Below, one piece after another: positions 1-12,666 of a stretch of 64,000 bases of DNA; positions within the stretch are counted from its first letter, which is position 1; the number at the start of each line of letters is the position of its first letter. The DNA lies in the NCBI RefSeq assembly GCF_001194135.2, contig NC_069008.1, positions 17,159,312 to 17,223,311 of the forward strand. Direction: 5' to 3'. Made by a program: the position numbers and the translations under genes. Below the pieces are notes generated by a model, which made no database searches, had not been told where the DNA came from, and worked only from the letters and a program-made list of their open reading frames with translations. This stretch comes from Octopus bimaculoides. Taxonomy: Eukaryota.

Positions 1-237
1 TCAGTACAGTGATGTAGAAATATCTAGAAAAATGAACAGAGTTTGTGATGATGGTGACGATGATGATGGATGGATGCTGTGGTGGTGGTGGTGGTGGTGG
101 TAGTAATATCGGATGAGACAAGAGACAAGAAGAGAACAGTGAAAGAGATGAAATGAGACAAGACATACAATGTGAAATCAGATGACAAAATGATGACGAT
201 GACGACGATGACAAGCGATGATTACAAAGTCCCTTAC

Positions 238-448
238 CGGAAGTGTCCGGCAGTGTTCATGTTGGCTTTGCATTCGATACATTTATAAGTCTCCATGTAT
301 TCGGGTAGCTTCATTCCATGGTAGTCCATAACTTTGGTGAGTGCAGGGGCATTCAATGACTTCACCCCTTTGTCTTTAGACGGGGCCACACCCGGCTCCG
401 GTACTTTTATCATCACTTGGTCAGGGGTCGTGTATTTGGCATTCATAC
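238..448 (-). CDS. POGZ: POGZ-like coding exon 9 (ends in CIECKANMNTAGHFR)
   Basis: ctgcag acceptor, gtaagg donor, phases 1/2; next exon is outside the window. Confidence 0.88.
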
Positions 449-3400
449 CTGCAGAGACACAGACAGACAGTATAGAGATATAGATTTCGATTTCAAATTT
501 TGGCACAAAGCCAGCGTTTTCGAAGAGAGGGGGTAAGTTGATTACATCAATCCCAGTATGCAACTGGTACTTATTTTATCGACCCTTAAAGGATGAACGG
601 CAAAGTCAACCTCAGCAGAATTTGAACTCAGAACATAAAGACAGACACAATGCCATTACGCATGTTGATGACGATGATGATGATGACAATGACAATGATG
701 ATGGTGACGATGACGACGATGGTGTTGATGAGGGTGATGATGACAACAACAATGATGATGGTGATGATGACGAGGTGATGAAGATGAGATGACAATGATG
801 ACGGTGGTGTTGACAACGGTGATGATGGAGATAACAATGGAGATGATGTTGGTAATGATGACAACAACAACAATGATGATGGAGATAATGATGATGATGA
901 TGACAACAACAATGATGATGATGGTGACAATAAGATGACAGTATAAAAGAAAGATGAAGGCAAACAAAAACGAATGAACGAAAGAGTAGGCTAGGGTCAC
1001 TCACCTATGACTCCCTTTTGGTTCGACTGGTGGTCCTTCTTGCGGTGAGCCTTCACTTCCAAAGAATTGAAGAATGTCAGCTTACATATGGGACATTTTC
1101 GAGAATTCGTCTTGGACTGATGTTTCAGGAGGTGGTGATAGTACATTTGGGTCTGACCCCAGCCATTGGCCACGAATTTAACACGGAATATCTTCAAACA
1201 GTACAGACACAGGATGAATGGAGAACTGTCATGTTTCTGAAATGCAAACATGACCATCGGTCAGAGAAATACAGGGAGAAACGAACAGATGACCGGAGGG
1301 TCTGAGAAGCTAAGACTTGTTGTTTTAACAAACAGCCAGAAGTTTAAAAAAAACAAACCAGACATTGTCCTAACAGCAAGATGACTATGAGGTCAGATCG
1401 GCTAACAGACATGTTTTAACAAATAGTCAGATGGGCAGGAGGTTTGGGCCTCAAGGAGGCAATGTGGCCAGTGCCGGTGTCGTGTAACTAACACCCATGC
1501 TGGTGGCATATAAAAAGCATCTATTGAGCACTGGGCCTCACAGAGGCAATGGCAAATGACCGAAACCTTTGGAATACGCCGTGCTTGAGAAGAAGATCCA
1601 TCAGGTCAAGTGAATCATAGTCGTGGTAGATACTGGCGTAAAAAAATGAAAGTTCAACCCCCACCTGCTGAAAAAACCAAAACATAAAAAAAAGAAAAAA
1701 AAAAGAACTTACCTTCTTGAAGTGGTCGACTGCGTCACTGTACATGGATGAGCGGAAATTGCACATTTGACAAATATATGGCATCTCGCACGCTGTGTGC
1801 ACTTGGCGCATGTGATTGGTTAACGCAAGTCGACTGTCATGGTCCTTCTCGCAGATGCGACACAGGAGCACGTTGGCATTGTTCATATGGACCTGGTCAG
1901 AGCAGAGAGAGAGAGAGAGAGAGAGAGAGGAGACAGGTTAATGACTATTGTTTGACCAAATGCAGTGCTGCAGCATGGCCACAGTGAAACAAATAAAAGG
2001 ACAGAGAGTGCTTACCTTCTCAATGTGAGTTTGCATTTCAAAAGGAGTATCAAACTGTTTGTAGCAATGTTTACACTGGGTGAGGTCGCTGAGGTCAAGA
2101 TTCTGTTGTTTCTCGCTGTCAATATGACCCTGCATGTGCATCATGGTGCGCACGTTATTGTACAACATCTTGGAACAATACCAACACTGCAATACAACAA
2201 GAACAACAAATTAGAAGAGAACAAAGCGATAGCCATGGAGATAGAAAAGAGTGCAGTGGGTGCTTTGCGTTTCTGACATGGTGCTAGCCCCAGCGAGGTT
2301 TGCTTTGGCAGGTTTTCTGTAGCTAGATGCCCTTCCTAATGCCAACGAGCACTTTACAGAGAGGACCGAGCACCTACCACATGGCACCGGTGTGACAAAG
2401 GTCCCTCAAGTGAGAGGAGGTGTGCTACTGAATGAGGGCGGGGGGCTTTGTGACAGGTGATGAGAGATTAAAGCAGCGGGTGGGAAACGCCCACCTGCAG
2501 GCACAATTGCACCTGCAAACCCATTTTATTGCGCCTGCAGGATGGTATACTCATATGAACAAAATATAGTAAATTTTCCAATTATAAAATTTATGTGATA
2601 CTTCGGCAGACTTTTAACTCAGAAAGTTAACCTGGGCAAAACGCCATTATGCATTTTGCCCCCTATATTAAAGATTCTACTCCCTTAAGAATAAAAAAAA
2701 AGGGGGAGCTTACCTTAAATCTGTGTTCTCCTTTCTCTTCCCAATAATTTGGGTCACCTTCCATTTTGCCATAATAATATTCATCCAGTGGGACCCAGTT
2801 TCCTGAAAGAAGGTAAAAAAACACAAAATAAAAATGAAGTCCCCCAAAAACAGGGGCACAGGTTCAATCCTCAGATGTGATGCACACACGGCATTTTAAC
2901 CCTTAGTATTTAAAGTGGCCAGATCCAGCTTATCACACTTACCCTACAGTGTCATTCTAAAAACAAACAATCCCATCATTGAAATCTCAAAGCCATGAGA
3001 TAATCCAGGATTAATTGTAAACAATGTGAATAAATAAGCATTACAATTTGGTGTAGTAATCTGAATGCTAAAGGGTTAAAATAGGGACCACGTGAACCAA
3101 TGAGGGGGCTTCTATGTAGTCATTTGGCCTTACACAATGTAACAGCCAAATCTCCCCTCAACAAACTCCCTACTCTCTTTAACCGTTTAACATGTAAACC
3201 AGCCATATCCAGGGACCAAATATTCTGCTTGTTATATGTTCAAACTGGCCAGATCCAGCCTCTCACACTTATCCTACAATGTCATTCTAAAAATAAACAA
3301 TCACATCATCAAAATTTCAAAGCTATGAAATAATGAATGAGTAATTAAAACAACATGTTGACAGAGTAATCATCATCATCATCATCATCGTCTAACGTCC

Positions 3401-6400
3401 ATCTTCCATGCATCCATGGATAGGACGGTTGACAGGAGCCAGCCAGGCATGATGACCAATGACAACAAAACCAGAACATAATTCACCCACCCCCCACCCC
3501 TTCCTGAACAACTACTGCCCCCTGTTGACCAAAAGAGAAGAAACTGACCGGCAGAGGAATCTGTTGAAGTTTTTCGCTGCACCTTCTTTTTGGGTGGGGA
3601 CTGGGCCGAATCTGTGTCTGCTGCCCGTTTCAGTGTTGTCGAGGCAGTGTCCAAGGGATCGGTTTTCTTGAAGCCATAGCCGATGGTGTTGGCACTGGTG
3701 GTCCCTTGGTCACTTTGGCCGAGGCTGCTGTTGTTGTTGTTGTTGCTGCTGTTTCCACTTCCAACTTGTCTGTGATTGGCAGCGGAGAGCAAAGAAGAGA
3801 TAGCCTTTGGTAAAATCAGGGAGTGTTGCTGCGACAGGGAACTGTTTTCCCCTGTGGGAGAGAAAAAAGGTCAGAGGTTAGAGGAGACAACGGAGGGGGG
3901 TGGGGCGAAAGGTCGAGTGAGTGGTCAGAGGCTGGAAAAAGCGAGGTGAAATGGTCAAGTGATGATAAGGTTAGCAGTCAAAGGAAAAGAGAGAGGTCAA
4001 GTAAACAAGTGAGATGAGGTCAGAGGTTAGGTTAGAGCGGTGGTCAAATGGACAGAGATAAACAAACTAGAAAGACAAACAGACAGCTAGCTAGATAGAC
4101 TGACAGACACCTAGACAGACAAATAAGACTGACAAACAGACAGACAGACAGACAAAACAGGAAGATTAGACAGAAGGAGAATGTTAAACGAAGAAAAAAA
4201 TTTTTTAATGAAGGCAAAGCATTAATAAAAAACATGAAGCATAAACTTACCAGGTTTCCGCATTTGTCCCTGGACTTTTCCGAGAGACATGTTTCCCGCA
4301 AGATTTTTATTGAGGGTGTTGGCAGTGAGCATGGAGTTTGAAAGAGAAGAGCGCTGTAATTGGTTAGCATGAAGTTGGGACTGGAGGAAAAAAGAAAGAG
4401 AACAGTAATTTTAAGATAAACTCACAAAATGACGGGATACGAAGGGATTCAGAAGTTCAGTTAACATTCAACTCTTTAGCATTCGGATTACTCTGTCAAA
4501 CACAGTAATTATTTGGAATTAAACATGAATTATCTTCCAGCTGCATCTTCTTGTGTGTGTGTGTGTGTGTGTGTGTATACACACGCGACAGGCTTCTTTC
4601 AGTGTCTGTCTATGAAATCCGCTCACAAGGCTTTGGTTGGCCTGAGGCCATAGTAAAGGATACTTGCCCAAGGTTCCACACAGGGAGACTGAACCCCGAA
4701 CTATGTGGTTGGGAAGCAAGCTTCTTACCACAGAGCCACAAAAGTGAAAAGCACACACACACACACACAAACACATTTTCACTTATACACACACGATTCA
4801 CACTTACACACACACACACAAAAAAAACAAACAAACACACAAACATATAGACACACTTACCTTCAGAAGCTGTGTCGAACCCATTCTAGATTGCTGAACC
4901 TGGTTTGGAATTCGGGTCGCTGGCGTCTCACCAACAATGATCACATCAGGGGATTTACTCCTAGGAAGGGCTGAAAGATAATAACATAAACAGTTACCCT
5001 CAGGGCAGGCTTCTGGGTGGTGAGTAGTTTGCACACCCCGGAGGCTCGATATTGCAATGTTCCACGGTCAACAATGGAGTGTGCCACGCAGTTTTAAAAC
5101 TATCTATCCATGCGTGAACATGTTGGAAAGTAGGTTAACAATTTGATTGCACACAGCTACACAATCAATCTTTTCACACCTACCTGGCCAAGACATATCC
5201 AGGTTCTAAGAGAGACAAAAAACTTCCTGTTTAAAAGTGATCTAAATTAAAGCCTCCACCCACAAGATTAATAATGACAAAGTTATTTTAATAAATTCGC
5301 CATTATTGTCAAAATTAATTGCAAGAAAGAGAAAGTATTTCAACAGAAATATGATAAGTCATCATCATCATCATTCAACATCTGTTTTCCATGCTGGCAT
5401 GGGTTGGACAGTTTGATAGGAGCTGACCAGCTGAAGGGCTATCCAGGCCCCATGTTGGTGTGGTTTCTATGGCTGGATGCCCTTCCTAATGCCAACTACT
5501 TTACAGAGTGGCACTGGGTTCTTGTACGCAGCATCGACACGGGTGGTTGTTACGTGGGACCAGCCCCTACAAGCCTGCAAGACTAGGGATGCTCAGCTGG
5601 AGAGGGTTGCAGGGGACAAGCCCGTATGCGAGGGCAACCATGCTTTTTTTTACTAGCTTGACATGTCAAAGGATTTCAACAGAAAAAGGGTAACAAAAGG
5701 GTTAAAGGGATCTAATTTAAAACCCTCCATTAAAATGTTAAATTTATGTTCCAAACGCCCAGATTAATAATTAACAAAATTATTTTAATAAACTCTTCAT
5801 TATTTTCAAAATTAATTAAAACAGCAGTGGATTTCAACAGAAATATGGTAACAAAAGGGTTAAATAACTTTATCTTTACCAAGAGGATTAACCTGGTGTT
5901 AACACTTTTGACACCGATCCACATGAGACCACCACTCCTGGTATTAATATAGTAATTTCCTCAGCCATTTACACAGGCTGTTCCAGTGATCTGATGAACT
6001 AGAACCCTCGTCATCATAAACTGACAGCGTACCAGTTATACATACAGTTACCACCCATGACAGGCAGCAAGGGTATCCCAGGGGTGGATATTACAGCACC
6101 CCAGGGTAGACAACAGACAAAACCAAAGCACAGAGACAGACTAAATAGAGCACCAGATGAACAGAGAATAAAGCAACCTTTCTGGTAGACAGTGACCTCA
6201 TTAGAGGTTTTGTTATTTGGCTAAAAATAGAAATTAACTTAGAAAAGGGTGGGAACAGGGTGGAGAGGGAGAAACTGTCAACTTACAAGCTGGGGTAGTA
6301 ACAGACGATGCTTTCTGTTGTATCATTTGACGGGCTTTTGCAGCTTTGATACGTTGGACTGCTTTCTCGTAGTCATCCAGGGCCCGACGGGAAGCCTCGA

Positions 6401-6500
6401 TTTGCCACGGAGACAAATCGTCCTCTTCACATTCCATCATGAGCTCCAGGGAGCTCTGGTTCGATCGCCGAAGCGAGTATGGTCCTTTTATCTTCGCCAT
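238..6500 (-). CDS. POGZ: POGZ/ZNF280-like C2H2 zinc-finger protein, 5' part (3' exons lie outside the window)
   Basis: Spliced exons 6500-6287, 4970-4861, 4380-4251, 3851-3549, 2802-2714, 2186-2016, 1892-1713, 1236-1005, 448-238; all GT-AG and phase-consistent (1640 nt). N-terminal ELMMECEEDDLSPWQ resembles POGZ/ZNF280 LFMECEEEELEPWQ. The finger array [63 protein letters not shown] follows the POGZ order as I recall it. POGZ versus ZNF280 cannot be resolved without the 3' end. Confidence 0.85.
1005..1236 (-). CDS. POGZ: POGZ-like coding exon 8 (two fingers, the first atypical)
   Basis: KHDSSPFILCLYCLKIF..HLLKH..CPICKLTF..HRKKDH; catttcag acceptor, gtgagt donor. Confidence 0.92.
1713..1892 (-). 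CDS. POGZ: POGZ-like coding exon 7 (two C2H2 fingers)
   Basis: [49 protein letters not shown]; phases 0/0. Confidence 0.92.
2016..2186 (-). CDS. POGZ: POGZ-like coding exon 6 (two C2H2 fingers)
   Basis: [43 protein letters not shown]/GT boundaries, phases 0/0. Confidence 0.92.
2714..2802 (-). CDS. POGZ: POGZ-like coding exon 5 (NWVPLDEYYYGKMEG..HRFK)
   Basis: ctttcag acceptor, gtaagc donor; DEYYYG resembles POGZ DDFYYG preceding the fingers. Confidence 0.85.
3549..3851 (-). CDS. POGZ: POGZ-like coding exon 4 (low-complexity N/S tract, SPPKKK basic patch)
   Basis: cccacag acceptor, gtcagt donor, phases 1/1; overlaps ORF 3385-3792. Confidence 0.8.
4251..4380 (-). CDS. POGZ: POGZ-like coding exon 3 (SQLHANQLQ..QMRKP)
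   Basis: Long polypyrimidine tract plus cag, open frame, gtaagt donor, phases 0/1. Confidence 0.75.
4861..4970 (-). CDS. POGZ: POGZ-like coding exon 2 (LPRSKSPDVIIVGETP..QLLK)
   Basis: ctttcag acceptor, gtaagt donor, phases 1/0. Confidence 0.8.
6287..6500 (-). CDS. POGZ: POGZ-like coding exon 1 (MAKIKGPYS..MECEEDDLSPWQ..TTPA)
   Basis: Acceptor ttcctcag just before 6503, ATG at 6500, donor gtaagt after 6287 (phase 1). Confidence 0.8.
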
Positions 6501-6782
6501 TATCTGAGGAAGAGAAAAGAAAAGCAAAAAAAAAAAAAAAAAAAAAANNNNNNNNNNNNNNNNNNNNNNNNNNNNNNNNNNNNNNNNNNNNNNNNNNNNN
6601 NNNNNNNNNNNNNNNNNNNNNNNNNNNNNNNNNNNNNNNNNNNNNNNNNNNNNNNNNAAGTCTGCAAAAGAATACAGTGTCTTCACTGCTGCACGGGGGG
6701 GGGGGCATGCCCTTGCTCCCCAATGAGTGAAAACCATAGTTGTGGCCCTTGCCAGTGTCATGCAAAAAGTTTTCATTTTAAT

Positions 6783-6818
<36 letters not shown>

Positions 6819-7234
6819 GGCTGGATGCCCTTCCTAACACAAACCAATCCGAGAGTGTAAACACCCACTACACTCTCAGAGTGGTTGGCATTAGGAAGGA
6901 CATCCAGCTGTAGAAACCATGCCAAATCAGATTAGAATCTGATGCAGGCCCCCAGTTTACTGGCCCTGGTCAAACCGTCCAACCCATGCCAGCATGAACA
7001 ATGGACGCTAAATAATGATGATGATGCTATATGTGTGTGTGTGTGTGTTCCTTTNNNNNNNNNNCATGCCAGCATGAACAATGGACGCTAAATAATGATG
7101 ATGATGCTATATGTGTGTGTGTGTGTGTTCCTTTCATCCTTTCGGGGTCAATAAATTAAGTACCAGTTGCGTAGTCAATGTAATCGACTGACCCTTCCCC
7201 CAAAATTTCAGGCCTTGTGCCTATAGTAGAAAGG

Positions 7235-7294
<60 letters not shown>

Positions 7295-10200
7295 GGTGGC
7301 GAGCTGGCAGAATCGTTAGCATGCTGGGCAAAATGTTTAGTGGTATCACGTCTGTCCCTACATTCTGAGTTCAAATTGCACCAAGGTCGACTATTTCCCC
7401 TGTCTTAGTGTTCTAAATTGAAGCTGGTGCCCCAGCTTGGTCAGAGTCAAATGATTGGGACACGTAAAAGAAATAAAAGAAAAAAAATAGGCAAAACAGA
7501 TTTTCTTTNNNNNNNNNNNNNNNNNNNNNNNNNNNNNNNNNNNNNNNNNNNNNNNNNNNNNNNNNNNNNNNNNNNNNNNNNNNNNNNNNNNNNNNNNNNN
7601 NNNNNNNNNNNNNNNNNNNNNNNNNNNNNNNNNNNNNNNNNNNNNNNNNNNNNNNNNNNNNNNNNNNNNNNNNNNNNNNNNNNNNNNNNNNNNNNNNNNN
7701 NNNNNNNNNNNNNNNNNNNNNNNNNNNNNNNNNNNNNNNNNNNNNNNNNNNNNNNNNNNNNNNNNNNNNNNNNNNNNNNNNNNNNNNNNNNNNNNNNNNN
7801 NNNNNNNNNNNNNNNNNNNNNNNNNNNNNNNNNNNNNNNNNNNNNNNNNNNNNNNNNNNNNNNNNNNNNNNNNNNNNNNNNNNNNNNNNNNNNNNNNNNN
7901 NNNNNNNNNNNNNNNNNNNNNNNNNNNNNNNNNNNNNNNNNNNNNNNNNNNNNNNNNNNNNNNNNNNNNNNNNNNNNNNNNNNNNNNNNNNNNNNNNNNN
8001 NNNNNNNNNNNNNNNNNNNNNNNNNNNNNNNNNNNNNNNNNNNNNNNNNNNNNNNNNNNNNNNNNNNNNNNNNNNNNNNNNNNNNNNNNNNNNNNNNNNN
8101 NNNNNNNNNNNNNNNNNNNNNNNNNNNNNNNNNNNNNNNNNNNNNNNNNNNNNNNNNNNNNNNNNNNNNNNNNNNNNNNNNNNNNNNNNNNNNNNNNNNN
8201 NNNNAGAGAGAGAGAGAGAAAGACTGTGAGTGACACAGCATGAGGTGGTGACGTTGGTGTTGGTAGTGGTGGTGGTGGTAGTAGTAGTAGTAATTTGACC
8301 CCACAAGGTCAGCCTTGACTGAGCAGATAGGAAACCTATCATCAAAGAAGGAGGGCACTCCAGGCACGACCATCCTGTCTCTTTTGTCGACACGCTGCGG
8401 GACCCCCCCCCCCGGACAACATTTATCTGGTGTGACCGTCTCAAAGGCGGCAGGGTGTCATTCGAGAGAGATTTGGCTGCTACTTCATGCAGACCGTCTG
8501 AACATACAGAGCAGTGGTGGGCAAACTGCGGCCCGAGTCGCATCTCATGCGGCCAGCTTATGGTGAAAGTCTGTCCAAATCTGCTATAAAGGATTCCTCA
8601 CTGGCATCCCCTCATCTCCCTATGGCCGTAATAGTGAGTGGTAGGGGGGATGGGGGTGATGGTGGTGGTNNNNNNNNNNNNNNNNNNNNNNNNNNNNNNN
8701 NNNNNNNNNNNNNNNNNNNNNNNNNNNNNNNNNNNNNNNNNNNNNNNNNNNNNNNNNNNNNNNNNNNNNNNNNNNNNNNNNNNNNNNNNNNNNNNNNNNN
8801 NNNNNNNNNNNNNNNNNNNNNNNNNNNNNNNNNNNNNNNNNNNNNNNNNNNNNNNNNNNNNNNNNNNNNNNNNNNNNNNNNNNNNNNNNNNNNNNNNNNN
8901 NNNNNNNNNNNNNNNNNNNNNNNNNNNNNNNNNNNNNNNNNNNNNNNNNNNNNNNNNNNNNNNNNNNNNNNNNNNNNNNNNNNNNNNNNNNNNNNNNNNN
9001 NNNNNNNNNNNNNNNNNNNNNNNNNNNNNNNNNNNNNNNNNNNNNNNNNNNNNNNNNNNNNNNNNNNNNNNNNNNNNNNNNNNNNNNNNNNNNNNNNNNN
9101 NNNNNNNNNNNNNNNNNNNNNNNNNNNNNNNNNNNNNNNNNNNNNNNNNNNNNNNNNNNNNNNNNNNNNNNNNNNNNNNNNNNNNNNNNNNNNNNNNNNN
9201 NNNNNNNNNNNNNNNNNNNNNNNNNNNNNNNNNNNNNNNNNNNNNNNNNNNNNNNNNNNNNATGGTCCAAGTTCCATTTTTTAATTGTCTTTGTAAACTT
9301 GGAGGCGAAATAAAATAAAAAGGAAAATAAAAAAATAAAAGAAAATAATAAATAAAAAGAAACAAAGAAAAAATAATAAATAAATGAAAAAAAAAATGTT
9401 TTTCTTTTTTTTCAACTGCTACAAGGACGACAAATGGTGGAACTTCACAGAGACGGAATAGGGAACGGGAAGAGGAAGGGAACACAGAAATCGGAGAAGC
9501 ATGGAAAAAGGAAAGCAAAAAAAAACAACCAAAAACAAACGGTAGACTGTGGCCATGCTGGGGCACCACCTTGAAGAATTTTAGTCCAATGAATTGACAC
9601 CAGCACTTTTTAAAAAAAAACAAAAAAAACCCTAGTACATATATACAGGTATCTTTCGATGAACTGCTAAGTTATGGGGACATAAACACGCCAACAGCGG
9701 TTTTCAGGCAATGATGGGAGACAAACACAGACACACATATATATAAATAGATAGATATAATGATCTTCTTTCAGTTTCCATCTACCAAATCTACTCGCAA
9801 GGCTTTTGATTGGCCTGAGGCTATAATAAAAGACATTAGTCCAAGGTGCCACGCAGTGGGACTGAACCTGGAATCTTCTGGGTGCAAACCAAACCTCTTA
9901 TTCACAAATATATAGTGAGCATTAAACAAGGAACTCCACAGGTTTAAGATTTAGCCCAGGGGCTTCAAGAAGGGCACAAAGCGGAAGGAACACAGTGAAT
10001 CATACAGAGGTCAAATGCTAAAGACAGAGGTCAAACGCTAAGGATAGGGAATCATACAGGAAAGGGTGTGACAAAGACTCCTCTCACATTGCACACATGT
10101 GGCTGTGTGGTAAGAGGCTTGCTTCCCAACCACATAGCTCCAGGTTCTGTCCCGCTGAATGGCACCTTGGGCAAGTGTCTACGACAGCTTCAGGCCAGCC

Positions 10201-11225
10201 AAAGTTTTGCGAGTGGATTTGGTGGACAGAAACTGAAAGAAGCCCATCGTGTGTGTGTGTGTGTGTGTGTGTGTGCATTTGTCCACCGCTACTTTTTGAA
10301 AACCACTGTTGGTTTGTTTACACCCCCATAACTTAGCAGTTTGGCAAAAGAGACGAATAGAATAACTACCTGGCTTGAAAANNNNNNNNNNNNNNNNNNN
10401 NNNNNNNNNNNNNNNNNNNNNNNNNNNNNNNNNNNNNNNNNNNNNNNNNNNNNNNNNNNNNNNNNNNNNNNNNNNNNNNNNNNNNNNNNNNNNNNNNNNN
10501 NNNNNNNNNNNNNNNNNNNNNNNNNNNNNNNNNNNNNNNNNNNNNNNNNNNNNNNNNNNNNNNNNNNNNNNNNNNNNNNNNNNNNNNNNNNNNNNNNNNN
10601 NNNNNNNNNNNNNNNNNNNNNNNNNNNNNNNNNNNNNNNNNNNNNNNNNNNNNNNNNNNNNNNNNNNNNNNNNNNNNNNNNNNNNNNNNNNNNNNNNNNN
10701 NNNNNNNNNNNNNNNNNNNNNNNNNNNNNNNNNNNNNNNNNNNNNNNNNNNNNNNNNNNNNNNNNNNNNNNNNNNNNNNNNNNNNNNNNNNNNNNNNNNN
10801 NNNNNNNNNNNNNNNNNNNNNNNNNNNNNNNNNNNNNNNNNNNNNNNNNNNNNNNNNNNNNNNNNNNNNNNNNNNNNNNNNNNNNNNNNNNNNNNNNNNN
10901 NNNNNNNNNNNNNNNNNNNNNNNNNNNNNNNNNNNNNNNNNNNNNNNNNNNNNNNNNNNNNNNNNNNNNNNNNNNNNNNNNNNNNNNNNNNNNNNNNNNN
11001 NNNNNNNNNNNNNNNNNNNNNNNNNNNNNNNNNNNNNNNNNNNNNNNNNNNNNNNNNNNNNNNNNNNNNNNNNNNNNNNNNNNNNNNNNNNNNNNNNNNN
11101 NNNNNNNNNNNNNNNNNNNNNNNNNNNNNNNNNNNNNNNNNNGCAGGATCTGGACACCATACCCAAGGAAATGCCACCAACCATTTTACCTGGTATGCTA
11201 ACAATTCAGCCAGCTCACTAACTGG

Positions 11226-11264
<39 letters not shown>

Positions 11265-12491
11265 TCTTTCTAGTAAAGGCACAAGGCCTGAAATTTTGGG
11301 AGATGGGGATTAATTAATTACATTGACCCCAGTACTTGACAGGTATCTTAATTTTATCGACTCCCGAAAGGATGAAAGGCAAAGTCGATATCAGCAGAAT
11401 TTGAACTCAGATCGGAAAGGCTGACGAAATACCGCTCAGCATTTCGCCCAGCGTGCTCATGATTCTGCCACCTTAATAATAATAATAATAATGATAATGT
11501 TTCTGCTGCAGAGGGAGGGCCTGAGATTCCACACAGGCATGTATGTGCAAACACACAAAAAAACAAAAAAAAACAAATACATGGCAATACATAAACACAC
11601 AAACAAAGTAAATACATACACATTCGCACATATACAGAAAGATGGTCAAACACAAGCATAGAGACACACAGAGAGAAAGAGGCACATACACACANNNNNN
11701 NNNNNNNNNNNNNNNNNNNNNNNNNNNNNNNNNNNNNNNNNNNNNNNNNNNNNNNNNNNNNNNNNNNNNNNNNNNNNNNNNNNNNNNNNNNNNNNNNNNN
11801 NNNNNNNNNNNNNNNNNNNNNNNNNNNNNNNNNNNNNNNNNNNNNNNNNNNNNNNNNNNNNNNNNNNNNNNNNNNNNNNNNNNNNNNNNNNNNNNNNNNN
11901 NNNNNNNNNNNNNNNNNNNNNNNNNNNNNNNNNNNNNNNNNNNNNNNNNNNNNNNNNNNNNNNNNNNNNNNNNNNNNNNNNNNNNNNNNNNNNNNNNNNN
12001 NNNNNNNNNNNNNNNNNNNNNNNNNNNNNNNNNNNNNNNNNNNNNNNNNNNNNNNNNNNNNNNNNNNNNNNNNNNNNNNNNNNNNNNNNNNNNNNNNNNN
12101 NNNNNNNNNNNNNNNNNNNNNNNNNNNNNNNNNNNNNNNNNNNNNNNNNNNNNNNNNNNNNNNNNNNNNNNNNNNNNNNNNNNNNNNNNNNNNNNNNNNN
12201 NNNNNNNNNNNNNNNNNNNNNNNNNNNNNNNNNNNNNNNNNNNNNNNNNNNNNNNNNNNNNNNNNNNNNNNNNNNNNNNNNNNNNNNNNNNNNNNNNNNN
12301 NNNNNNNNNNNNNNNNNNNNNNNNNNNNNNNNNNNNNNNNNNNNNNNNNNNNNNNNNNNNNNNNNNNNNNNNNNNNNNNNNNNNNNNNNNNNNNNNNNNN
12401 NNNNNNNNNNNNNNNNNNNNNNNNNNNNNNNNNNNNNNNNNNNNNNNNNNNNNNNNNNNNNNNNNNNNNGAAATGAAGTGGAATTCAACAA

Positions 12492-12535
<44 letters not shown>

Positions 12536-12618
12536 CTGTGTGTGTGTGTGGTTGTGTCTGCTGCAACTGCTGCAGTGAGTCAGAGAGAGAAGTCTGAGCT
12601 GAGCTGACAGCTGGAATG

Positions 12619-12666
<48 letters not shown>

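Noticed and set aside
5961-6017. Intronic C/D-box snoRNA candidate on the minus strand (ATGATGA..CTGA)
   Set aside because: Only 57 nt, no convincing terminal stem or C'/D' boxes, and no target I can recognise.
6985-7134. Direct repeat across a 10-N gap (similar cases at 38540-38960 and 52906-52990)
   Set aside because: Identical sequence on both sides of a scaffold gap indicates unmerged contig overlap.
10095-10170. tRNA-like A/B boxes at SINE heads
   Set aside because: No cloverleaf, and each continues into a SINE body; these are not tRNA genes.
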